Assembly (NCBI RefSeq): GCF_001194135.2
Contig: NC_068998.1
Span: forward strand, 35,752,044-35,813,045
Direction: 5' to 3'
Length of the DNA stretch: 61,002 nt
Source: Octopus bimaculoides
Lineage: Eukaryota
How positions within the stretch are numbered: the stretch's first letter is position 1; every line of letters starts with the position of its first letter. The position numbers and the translations under genes were made by a program. Positions 50,200-61,002 of this stretch are shown here, piece by piece. The notes under the pieces are model-generated. The model was given only the letters and a program-made list of their open reading frames with translations. It did no database searches and was not told the DNA's origin.

Positions 50200-51700
50200 A
50201 CATGGAAAATAGAGTCGATTAAAAGTATTACCCCCGTACTTGACATGGAAATTGTTTCTCAACCCGGAAAGGATGAAAATTAAAGTCGCCCATGGTGGAA
50301 TTCGAACTCAGAACACTATGAGCCGGGAAATTTTATGCATCCACCAACGTCTATGCAGTGAAAATAATAACATTAACAATAATTCTTTCTTAGGTAGACA
50401 TAAAGCCTGGAATTTCGGGGAAGAGGACTAGTCTATTACATCTACCCCAGTGCACAACTGATATTTGTTTTATCGAGACTGAAAGGCGAAATTTGAACTC
50501 AGAACGTAAAGATGGACGAAAGCCGCTCAGCATTTTGCCCGGCGAGCTTACACTTCTGCCAGCTCGCCGCCTTAGCAGCAAGTTCTAATTTATGCACAAT
50601 GTCAGAAGTTTTGAAGAGAGGGAATTAGTCGATTGAATCAGCCTCATTACTCCATTGGTGGAGGCGCAATGGCCCAGTGGTTAGGGCAGCGGACTCGCGG
50701 TCATAGGATCGCGGTTTCGATTCTCAGACCGGTTGTTGTGAGTGTTTATTGAGCGAAAACACCTAAAGCTCCACGAGGCTCCGGCAGGGGATGGTGGTGA
50801 ACCCTGCTGTACTCTTCCACCACAACTTTCTCTCACTCTAACTTCCTGTCTCTGTTGTACCTGTAATTCAAAAGGGTCAGCCTTGTCACACTGTGTCACG
50901 CTGAATATCCTCGAGAACTACGTTAAGAGTACACGTGTCTGTGTACCATAATGTTGAGTGCTCAGCCACTTGCACGTTAATTTCACGAGCAGGCTGTTCC
51001 GTTGATCGGATCAACTGGAACCCTCGACGTCGTAAGCAACGGAGTGCCAACAACAACAACAACAGCTCCATTGGTACTCTATTTTATCGACTCCGGAGGG
51101 ATAAAATGCAAAGTTGACCTGAGCGGAATTTGAACTCAGGACGTAAAGAGCAGAAAGAAACACTGTAAGGCATTCTATTTGATATTTCAAAGACTCGGCC
51201 AATTAAGAAGTACAAAGCCATTTTTTTTCTTTGTGAAAGTCACCCCTTGAAATTTTGACTGGTACTTTACTTTATCGACTTCGGAAGGAAAAGCAGAACG
51301 TTGACTTCAACAAGATTTGAACTCAGAAGGCAAAGAGCTGGGGGTAAAAAAGACAAATCATGACAGCTTGTCTGGCAATGTAACCAATCCGCCAAAAGCG
51401 GATTAAAGATCACAAACTTCTCAGAAGGAAATGGTCTACTAAACTAATTTTAGCATATTACTGGTACATATCAACTGTTGATAGATGAAAGACAAAGTCA
51501 CTCTCGGTGGGATTTGAGCTCAGAACGTAAAGGGACGTAACTGAATACCAAAAGGCATATAATAACAATAATTACTCAGACATAAGCACAAAGCGACAAG
51601 TCTTTAGGGAAAGAGTTGTAGTCAATTTGAATCGACCAGAACGCTTAATTTTATGTAGCCCAGAAGATTGAAAGGCAAAGATGAAGCCGTAGAGATTTGA
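50200..51700 (-). mobile_element. SINE family A cluster (about six co-oriented copies or fragments)
   Basis: Repeated TTTATCGAC..AAAG..TTTGAACTCAGAA units. One is split by the family-C insertion. Confidence 0.85.
50660..51065 (+). mobile_element. Full-length tRNA-derived SINE family C with 10-bp TSD
   Basis: Head GGAGGCGCAATGGCCCAGTGGTTAGGGCAGCGGACTCGCGG..GGTTTCGATTC and a (CAA)n tail. CTCCATTGGT is duplicated at 50650-50659 and 51066-51075. Confidence 0.93.
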
Positions 51701-51733
51701 AATTGGAACCAATAGGGGATGTGATAAAACACG

Positions 51734-51903
<170 letters not shown>

Positions 51904-51959
51904 GCACTATTGCATGATAACGAGGTGATAGAAGCTAACCTTATCCCCAAAAGATCTTT

Positions 51960-52182
51960 TTTTCTTTTTTCAGACTCGCTCCTTATTCCTGCTATTCGTC
52001 TCTCTGGATGACTTCATTAATAAATTTACTGAATCAAACCACCAAAGATACTTTGTGCAAATTATAGACTATCTTTTATATGGATGATTTAAAGCTATAC
52101 ACAAAATACTTTGAATTCAAAGAATGAGAACGGAACCACCCAAACAAGTACTTAGTCGTAGATTAAGCCGATAAGATATAAC

Positions 52183-52239
<57 letters not shown>

Positions 52240-52570
52240 TGTAGAAGAAGAGGCAGCCTAATATTAAATGCCAAATTCAATTCCCAAGATAAGATAGTAG
52301 GTAAAAATACACTCGACAACCTATAATGAATATAATGAATTGGAGTTTAAGTGAACTGAGGAGCCGAGATAAGAAAATGAGTAAATTACTGCATTCCGGA
52401 CCTTTCGTTGTAAAGCTGATATAGGTAGGATATGTCTTATACCAGACATACAGGTGGGTTGAAGCTTAATAAGAGTACAGAACTATAATATAGTAACTAC
52501 AGTGGGCCTAGAAAATACGGAGAAACATTCAGAGTGCATTGGTTAGAGTACTGTTGGTGTTGTAGGATAA
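51960..52570 (+). mobile_element. Degenerate R4/Dong-like RT fragment (with an internal (AG)n)
   Basis: DSLL..LLF (GDSLSPLLF-like), YLLYMDDLKLYTK and LILNAKFNSQDKI..WSLSELRSRDKK. Confidence 0.75.
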
Positions 52571-52614
52571 TACGAAACGCAAAGACAAGCAAGAATGTTC
52601 CCGATGTTTTAATA

Positions 52615-52831
52615 CGAAGGTGTGCAGAAAAGTTTCTGACTTTAAGGGTATCGCGAAAGGCCTGATTGGAGGCCTAACCTTCTGAGTTCTTTTACAGGGC
52701 TTAGAAAAACTGAAAGACCGCTGCAATAAGTGTGTGCATCGGAGAGGGGAATATGTTAGATAAAATCATAGTTAACTGATCCTCCTGTATTGTCTTTTAC
52801 CCAGAGCCAGGAACTTTTCAGCACCCTCTCG
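52615..52831 (+). mobile_element. 217-bp mariner-derived MITE
   Basis: TA-CGAAGGTGTGCAGAAAAGTTTCTGAC ... GCCAGGAACTTTTCAGCACCCTCTCG-TA. It retains the transposase C-terminus GLEKLKDRCNKCVHRRGEYV. Confidence 0.88.
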
Positions 52832-52844
52832 TATATGGCAGCAA

Positions 52845-53045
52845 CAAGACGATGAGGTGACAGAATCGTTAACGTGCCGGGAAAAATGCTTAGCTGTATT
52901 TCGTCCGTCTTTGCATTCCAAGGTAGACTTTACCGTTCATCCTTTCGGGTTCGATAAAATAAGTACCAGTTGAGCACTGGGGTCGACTAATCGACTTATC
53001 CCTTCCCCGAATTTGCTGACTTTGTGCCAAAATTTGAAATCAATA
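52845..53045 (+). mobile_element. SINE family A, plus orientation
   Basis: GGTGACAGAATCGTTAACGTGCCGGG..TCATCCTTTCGGGTTCGATAAAATAAGTACCAGTTGAGCACTGGGGTCGA..GTGCCAAAATTTGAAATC. Confidence 0.9.
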
Positions 53046-53900
53046 TTTGACACCAATAAAGACCAACCATAGAAGCTATGGAAAATAAGATTAAATACAA
53101 ACAAAACAAGGGGGGAAATATTTCACGAAGACCAACGTCAAAGCTAAACTTCAAAAATACTAAAGAAAAGATGGGAAAAAGAAGCCTGTCTTTGAGTAGT
53201 GTCCTGCAAGACTCGACAAAGAAAAGATGAGACAACAGTTTCAAAGACCGTAGGCTGAATGCAGAAACGGTAGGTCTCAGTTTTTAGCTAAACAATATCA
53301 GTATTTAGTCTGAAAAATATCTAGGTAAATAAAAGATTGAAAAAAAAGTTGTTACCGACGACTGTAGATTACAGTTTTATAAATAAGCACTGAGTCACTT
53401 AATTTCCAGTGTTATCCAGTTCAAATAAAGACGTGGCAGGGTTGAGGGGCAATATCCAGACACTTTCACGGGAACGATGAACATCAGCGGTAAATATAAG
53501 CATGTAGCAAATCTAGCATGGGAGTTGTCATAGCAACATATCGAAGTCTATTTTCTGGGCCTTTGTACCTCATGCTCGCCATTTTCATCTTTGAGTTTTT
53601 GTTGTTGTTTTTTTTTTTGAGAAACGGATATTTTTAGTTGTTCTGTTACTACCCCCATTTGCATCACTTTTGAACTGTGCTTTTATCCGGATCTATTCAA
53701 TTAAATATAAGTATGACAGCAGGCAACTCGTTTAACCTTTCATGTATGATAGAGAAAGCGAAAACAGAGGAGGATGCTGTTTTTTTATTTTTTCAAGAGA
53801 GGAGTGTTATCCCTAAAATAAAATTATGTAAAAATAGACTTTCCACCATGTGTATGTTCTTTTAGCCTATGTAATTTCTTTGACGACCAGCAAAACACCA

Positions 53901-54003
53901 ATCCTAACCCCAAACACTAACCCCAGCTCCAAATCCTAAAATTAAACCCTAGCACTAACCCTAACTCTAAACCCTAACCCTGGAACCTAACCTTATCCCT
54001 AAC
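53901..54003 (+). repeat. Degenerate (CCCTAA)-like interstitial repeat
   Basis: CCTAACCC..CTAACCCC..AACCCTAGCACTAACCCTAACTCTAAACCCTAACCCTGGAACCTAACCTTATCCCTAAC. Confidence 0.7.
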
Positions 54004-54899
54004 GAAGAGTATTTTTTAAAAGTTTTTGCAAAAAACATTCCGTTGAGGAGATTTTCCTTTTTAAATTATTTACATAGGCGACTCTACCAGCTCACCACAT
54101 TCATAATGATAATAATAATATATGAGCTTGATATGAGGTGACTGGATATTTGCTGGTGATGAAGCTAACACGCAGAAATCCAGAACCAGCTGAAGTTCTG
54201 AAGTTGATATTTTTCTGCGTATTTAACTCTATAAGAGATACTTTCTCAAGACGAATACCGCAGTTTAAAAGGCTTGCCATCGTGCACACATCCATTTTAA
54301 GTATATACACAGATTGCTGCTGCTGCTGCTGCTGCTGCTGNNNNNNNNNNNNNNNNNNNNNNNNNNNNNNNNNNNNNNNNNNNNNNNNNNNNNNNNNNNN
54401 NNNNNNNNNNNNNNNNNNNNNNNNNNNNNNNNNNNNNNNNNAGGAGGAGGAGGAGGAGGAGGAGGAGGAGGAGAATCATGAAGTTACAGCATCGTTTCGG
54501 GCTGAGTAACAACGTGAGATAGGGAAAACAGAGCTCTCTGTAAAAGCTGGAATAAGTCCGATAATATCACCAAAATCTAAACACAATTTACAAAAATAAA
54601 CAAATAAATAAAATAAAATGAATAATAATTGAAGAAAGTTGTTATAAGGATCTCAGTAAGTACAGCTGGCGCTTATTTTATGTATAACATGTGATTATTG
54701 CACACAAAATATATCATTAAAATGAAATACATGTGTGTAAATAAGGTCAACATCACGAGGGAGCAACAACACAGAGCAAAAGGAATTTGGGGACACAAAG
54801 GAAACCCAAAAGAAAGCAACAAAAAAAAAGAAAAATCTCTGAAGATACAATTGATACTTATATGTGATTATTACATATAAAATGTTCTACTTTATTGCG

Positions 54900-55030
54900 T
54901 TCCGACCACGTGGTTTCGAAGATTCAATATACTGCACCTTGGACAAGCGTCTTCTATTATAGCTCCTGGCCGACCAAATCTTTGTAAGTAGATCTGGTAA
55001 ATGGAAACTGAACGTTGGACGTCACATATG
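54900..55030 (+). mobile_element. SINE family B 5' part
   Basis: ACCACGTGGTTTCGAAGATTCAAT..CACCTTGGACAAGCGTCTTCTATTATAGCTCCTGGCCGACCAAA..GGAAACTGAA. Confidence 0.75.
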
Positions 55031-55142
55031 TATGTGTGTGTGTGTGCATGTGNNNNNNNNNNNNNNNNNNNNNNNNNNNNNNNNNNNNNNNNNNNNNNNN
55101 NNNNNNNNNNNNNNNNNNNNNNNNNNNNNTGTGTGTGTGTGT

Positions 55143-55182
<40 letters not shown>

Positions 55183-55794
55183 TGTAGGAAAAATCATCTT
55201 GTGGCATGCAAGAATGGAAATTATTCTGGATCGACATTCACAACTACGATTTTGTTCAGAGGGATCTGGTACTATGGCAGTTACGTTGATTTCATAGGCG
55301 ACGACTGCAAACTTCTCCCTCTCTCATCTTAAGTGTAGTACACTTAAAAACACTCGAATTTTGTAAAAGAGGCTCAAGTGTTTACATGTACAAAAGTAGC
55401 ATGAGTGAGACCATAATGTTGACTGGTTTCTTCTACTAGTGACCGTTAACTTAAACAACTGAACGGATATTGTTGTTCAATGCCTTAACGCTTGGCTGAA
55501 ACTGATTACCTGTGACACAGCCTCAACATCCTGGCGGTTTGGCCTGTCAAATTTTTTTCAATTGATCCAAACTGATTACAGCGAAACCAAAACCAGATTG
55601 TGTCCTTTTCCTCTCTACTCTGTTTATCATTAGATGGATGTTGTCTTCATCTCCTTACCCATCAACGCCATGAGCGTGAAATTCATTACGTTACTTTTTC
55701 TTCGCCCTTTTTCAACATGTGTACGCCCACTCTCGCACATACAAGCATATCACACAAATATTTAATAAAGGTAACGACAGTAATAATCCTTTAG

Positions 55795-56180
55795 GTTATA
55801 GGCACAAGGCCTGAAATTTGGGAGATGGGCAGTAGCCGATTACGTCGACCTCAGAGTTCAACTGGTACTTATTGCATCAACCCCGAAAGAATGAAAAGCA
55901 AAGCTGACATCGGTAGGATTGAACTCATAACATAAAGAGCCGGAAGAAATTTCGAAAAGGATTTTGTATGATGCACTAACGTTTTTTCCAGTTCACTGGC
56001 TTAATAATTATTTCAAATTTTCGCACCAGGCCAGCAATTTCGGTGGAGGGGTTAGTCTATTATATCGGTCGCAGTGCGTAACGGATACTCCTAGGCGGAG
56101 TTTTAACTCAGAACGAAAAGCCGAAAGAAATACCGCAAAGCATTTTGTCCGGCGTGCTTATGGTTCTGCCAGCCTGCCAA
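55795..56180 (-). mobile_element. SINE family A dimer
   Basis: Two successive family-A units. Confidence 0.9.
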
Positions 56181-56221
56181 CTTCATGATGATGATGATGG
56201 TGGTGGTAGTGGTGATGATGA

Positions 56222-57653
56222 TAATAAGAGAATTAGACCAAAGCCAGACATACAAATACTTAGGAATCCATAAACTAGATACGATAAAACACACACACAA
56301 ATGTAAGAAAAAATTTTTTAAAAGAATACTATAGACGAGTAAGATTAATAATGAAAACAGAGCACAATGCGAAAAACAAGATAATAGCTCTCAACATTCT
56401 AGCCGCCCCAGGTGGTATAAGTTACAGCTCTAATATCCTTAACTGTACACTAAATGGACTAATCAAAATGGACAGGAAAACAAGAAAAATAATGACAGGA
56501 TTTAAGATGCACCACCCAAAATCTGACATAGAACGATTATATATACAACGTATCGAAGGTGGTAGAGGCTTTATACAGCTAGAAAACTATTACAAAATAA
56601 CTACCATAGGACTACAAAAATATCTACTTCAGAAGCAAGGAAAACTAATACAAACAGCCACAAAACACGAACAAAACAAAAAAGTGTTTTCAGTCTTTAA
56701 GGAAGCTGACAAATACAAGAAAGAAGTCATAGTACCTAACAACTATGGAGAAATAGAAGAAACAACAAAAGCTGTAAAACAACTGAAATCAAAACCAAAA
56801 CTGGAACAGCAATGGATCATGATAAAACGATGGCAAGAAAAGCCCCTTCATGGCAAATAATAGGCTAAACGCAAAAGAAATAGACAAAGCAAAATCCCAA
56901 CAATGGATGAGAAGCTCAGGACTCAAAGCAGAGAGTGAAGGATTTTTAATTTCAGCACAAGATCAAAGCCTTCCTACCAGAAATTACCAAAACTTGCAGA
57001 ATATGTGGAGATGGAGAAGAAACAATAAATCATGTTTCTTTGGCTGCCCAGTCCTGGCTAAGAAGGAATATATTCACAGACACCACAGAGTCGGGACCTA
57101 TATACATTGGAGGCTATGCCAACATTATGGAATAACAACAGAAAAAAGGTGGTTTAGGCACACGTCTGAAAAGTTCACAGAAAATGAGAAAGCAACCATA
57201 CTATGGGATATGCTAATACACACAGACAGAGAAATCGAGGCCAAATAGCCGGATATAGTTGTCAGATCACAAAAAAAAATGCTTTTTAATCAATGTATCA
57301 ATACCAACAGATGTCAATGTTTCTCTAAAAGAAACGGAGAAACTTTCAAAATACAAAAACCTGGAAATAGAGGTAACTCAAATATGGAGTCTAAAAACAG
57401 AAAGAATTCCTATCATAGTAGACGTGTTAGGTATGATAAAAAAATATTCAAACAAATACATAACAAAAACACCAGGATTAACAAGTATATATAATATACA
57501 GAAAATAACACTACTAGGCACCGTGCTCATCCTACGTAAAACACTTTCAATACAGTAAAAATAAGAGCTTCACAACAAACCACAGCACATACCCAAGGTA
57601 CACGGAAGCTGCACTCGATAGTGCAGTGAAAGCACGTCATAAAAATAAGACTA

Positions 57654-57656
<3 letters not shown>
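56222..57656 (+). mobile_element. 5'-truncated R4/Dong-like RLE LINE ending in (AAT)n
   Basis: TYKYLG, MDRKTRK, LY..R.EGGRG, WQEKPLHG, GLKAESEGFLISAQDQSLPTR, CRICGDGEETINHV (CCHC), PDIVV..LINVSIP (RLE) and QKITLLGT..ILRKTL. Confidence 0.96.
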
Positions 57657-57722
<66 letters not shown>

Positions 57723-57821
57723 CTGGTGTACCCTTATCAGACGGGTAGTCATGATGGGTATACTGGGCTTCGTATATTTTACCCCAGTGTCGCTTTGATG
57801 GCATGCACTGCTCTCTCACTC
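57723..57821 (+). mobile_element. 5'-truncated copy of family F between (AAT)n arrays
   Basis: Near-identical to 9549-9647 and ends at the same base (CTCACTC) before AAT repeats. Confidence 0.9.
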
Positions 57822-57906
57822 AATAATAATAATAATGATGATAATAATAATGATCATGGTAATGATAATGATAATGATGATAATAATGATAATAATAATA
57901 ATAATA

Positions 57907-57999
<93 letters not shown>

Positions 58000-58001
<2 letters not shown>

Positions 58002-58880
58002 AAATATGGTCCGGTGTCTTCTGCCGAACCGGGGTCATCCCTTGACCTTAGGGTCACAGCAGGCCCTCATCTCATGGAGAGTACACGGCGTAAAATGTAT
58101 TCGGAACCTAGCAACACTATTTTCTGAAGTTCTCCCACGTTAACACTGCAAGGGAGTCTATTGAGCTGCTTATCAAAGCCCTTTTTAATTAGCCCTAACA
58201 CTCCAGTCACCACTGGTGCTGTGCTGCTTTTCATTCCCCACACCTTGGTCATTTCTATTTCTAGGTCTTTGTACTTAAATAACTTCTCAATTTCTATAAT
58301 GGACACATTTCTCTCTGATGGTACTGTCACATCTATCATTAAGCATTTCTTATTCTTCCCATCTTTGATGATTATGTCCGGCCTGTTTGCCTTGGTTTCT
58401 TTATCGGTGTTGATTGGCATGTCCCAGTGTACTGTTACATCATCTTTTCAGGTTTATGCTGGTACCATCCTTCTGAAGTTGGAAGCTGGTATTGTTTACA
58501 TATCTTCCAATAGATATATAGTGCTACTCTATCGTGTCTATGAATATATTCGGTTTTTGCAAGCGCTGTGCATCCAGTTAAGATGTGGTCCACTGTTTCA
58601 TCCTGCTCATGACACATTCTGCATTTCGGATCAGTGCCATCGTTCATGATTTTGTTGTGGTAAGCCCTGGTTGCCAAGCTTTGCTCTTGTGCTGCTATTA
58701 TATAAAAAAAAAACCTTCGGTTTCAGCCTTCAGTCATGAGCTCATCCACACATGAGTGTCTCGGTTTTCTACGTCTGGTTTGTTCACTCTACATGGGTAT
58801 CGGCCATGCATCGGTTTTTCTAGCCATTCTTCTTTGCTCTTCTTCTGGGCTTGTTTTCAGCACAATCAACTGGCAAATTA
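58000..58880 (-). mobile_element. 5'-truncated R4/Dong-like LINE, second subfamily
   Basis: LKAET..IIAAQEQSLATR, CRMCHEQDETVDHILTGC and RPDIII..CLMIDVTVP..EK..KY. Poly(A)+(AAT)n tail, with (AAT)n at the 5' junction. Confidence 0.95.
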
Positions 58881-58889
58881 TTATTATTA

Positions 58890-59377
58890 TTTTATGTTTG
58901 ACTTTTGTTTTGCATTTGTACAAGTTGGATCCAAGTCTCACCCAGAGACCTCAAGAGACAACAAGTTAGAAGTTCATGTAGGTGTTATGCCTAGGGTACC
59001 ATATATTTGGATTTGTACAGTTTTGTTCAAGTGAATGTTTAAGAAACCATAAGAAAATTATGTGTTTGCTTTAAAATTTGAGATCACATAGACAGTATTT
59101 TACGTAGGATATGGGCAGTTCCCATGAGCACTGTCTTTTGAACTTCAGCCATTTTGGGGTTTCCTGGTATCTGAGCTAGGTAGTAATCAGCCCGTTTCGC
59201 TGTCATTCTCAGGGCACCTATGACAATAGGTATTGTTTTCGTCTTCAGATTCCACATTTTGCTAATTTCTATTTCGAGATCTTTATATTTGCTCAGTTTT
59301 TGATAGGTCTTGACAGATACGTTTATATCGATTGGGACAGTCATATCAATGAGGAGGCATGATTTTTGTCTGAAGTC

Positions 59378-59378
<1 letters not shown>
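58890..59378 (-). mobile_element. 5'-truncated R4/Dong-like LINE, third subfamily
   Basis: CLLIDMTVP.D.NVSVK..QKLSKYKDLEIE..QKTVLMGTAHILRKIL. (AAT)n at both ends. Confidence 0.93.
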
Positions 59379-59436
<58 letters not shown>

Positions 59437-59599
59437 ACAAATAATATAAAAGAGTAAATTAAAACAACAACAAAACAACTAGCATCTTCCCGATACCCGA
59501 GGGCCACCAACATGGGTCAATGAAGGAAACCCACGGATCTTGGAACGCCTTAACACCCAAGTGCCAATGTAGATTTCTCACGAAGGTACAACTTAATGT

Positions 59600-59664
59600 G
59601 CAGAAGCAGCGGCAACAGCAGTAGTAGTTGTTGTTGTTGTTGCTCTTGTAATAGTAGTGGTAGC

Positions 59665-59723
<59 letters not shown>

Positions 59724-59725
59724 CG

Positions 59726-59799
<74 letters not shown>

Positions 59800-59900
59800 T
59801 GTTGTTGTTGTTATACTAGTTGGGGTAATTGTAATAGTAGTATTAGAAATAATAGTAGTTGTTATTGTAGATGTAGTGTATGTGGATGTACGTGTGTGTT

Positions 59901-59943
<43 letters not shown>

Positions 59944-59969
59944 GTGTGTGTGCGTGTGTNNNNNNNNNN

Positions 59970-60004
<35 letters not shown>

Positions 60005-60035
60005 GTGTGTGTGCGTGTGTGAGTGTGTGTGTGGT
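59600..60035. repeat. (AGT)/(AGC)/(GTT) and (TG)n microsatellites
   Basis: Direct inspection. Confidence 0.92.
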
Positions 60036-60367
60036 ATAGAGGGTTAGAGGGGAATGATCTTGCGGCATGCAAAAATGGAAATTATTCTACCAGAAGACAA
60101 ACCAAAAGAAAGTTTCAGCAACATGGCTACGGCTGAGTTGGGGAAAATACCTCAGGGAACAGAGACCTGAACACACAGAATACAGATACGATTGTTTCTC
60201 ACAAATGTAACAAAGTGAGTTGAAAAACAAAACTACGATTAAATGAAGTTATCCAAATAATGTGTAAACAAAAACTCCCTCTGTGGATATTTACAATTTA
60301 ATAACATTATGCTTCAGTAAAAATCAACTGATCGATATTTTATGACGATATAATCAATATAAACGAC

Positions 60368-60470
60368 ATGGATTGGAGTGGATCTGGTCTTCAAAGCCAA
60401 CTAGTGACAGGAACGGACATGTTTCGGTTTTATTCAGCTCCCTCAGTGGAGGATATTCTCTACTCATTTG
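60368..60470 (+). CDS. Candidate coding exon MDWSGSGLQSQLVTGTDMFRFYSAPSVEDILYSF (or a 33-nt microexon 60438-60470)
   Basis: Consensus donor TTTG|GTAAGA at 60470. ATG in GACATGG context at 60368. Alternative acceptor GTTTTATTCAG at 60437 gives a phase 1-1 exon. Unique sequence with no homology evidence. Confidence 0.3.
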
Positions 60471-61002
60471 GTAAGACTAAGATTGATTAATATATCTATA
60501 AAAGCAGAGGGAATGTGGTATTGATTATAATTGTAAACACTGGCCGAGGGAAAGTATATCAGGTGAGATTTCTGTATACTAAATACAAATCTGGTATGGA
60601 CACACACACACACACACACACACGTGTGTGTATGTGTGCATATATATTTATAATACGTTGAGAAACTTCGACCAGCTAGGATTGTCATGCAAGCAATTAA
60701 TAGATAAAACTTCTTCAGTTGGTGTAAGAAATCTTCAACTAAAATATAATCAACAACAAGAAATGCAGAAACCACGAATGAGTTCATAAAATCTTTTTGA
60801 AAATTAAGTACACAAACACGGTTGTGCGTGAGCGCGTATGAGTATGTGTTGGTATATACATATCTATATATATATATATATATATACTTATACTCACATA
60901 CATATACATACACACACATACACACACATGCTTACACTCATACACAGACACATATACATATTTATATACATACAGACATACACAGGTTATTAAAGGGAAA
61001 GA

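Noticed and set aside
50660-50735. tRNA-like sequences (also 22537, 40300-40386, 16800-16862 and family-A heads)
   Set aside because: A/B boxes are present, but there is no complete cloverleaf and each continues into a multicopy SINE body. These are not tRNA genes.
54105-54300. Additional Dong-like C-terminal fragment on the minus strand
   Set aside because: Similarity is too weak to call by eye and the adjacent array has the opposite polarity. It was not counted in the AAT-target argument.
60329-60331. In-frame TGA after the acceptor at 60317 as a selenocysteine codon
   Set aside because: No selenoprotein-like context and no SECIS identifiable. A plain stop is the simpler explanation.

Overview
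AT-rich eukaryotic genomic scaffold with about 18 N-gaps (roughly 5 kb), most flanked by microsatellites. The repeat families I recognise from memory point to an octopod cephalopod (Octopus). This is an inference, not a database result. No intact, nameable host protein gene is visible, and most ORFs in the track are microsatellite or N-gap artefacts. The window is dense in transposon relics. DNA transposons: three mariners plus a mariner MITE, a Tc1/Tc3-like element, a Chapaev3-like element with intact TIRs and TSD, a hAT MITE, two unclassified foldback MITEs and a Helitron helicase fragment. Retroelements: CR1-, RTE-, Tx1/L1- and many R4/Dong-like LINE pieces, a possible Penelope-like LTR and at least five SINE-like families. 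The most notable pattern is a retroelement community built on (AAT)n/(TTA)n microsatellites. Several divergent R4/Dong-like RLE LINEs and a non-coding ~545-bp element carry (AAT)n on their sense strand, while Tx1-like APE LINEs carry (TTA)n on theirs. Candidate host-gene signals are a well-spaced CCAAT/GC/TATA/Inr promoter on the minus strand (TSS ~21417), a possible signal-peptide exon (19165-19089) and possible plus-strand exons near 55.2 and 60.0-60.5 kb. All of these are unconfirmed.
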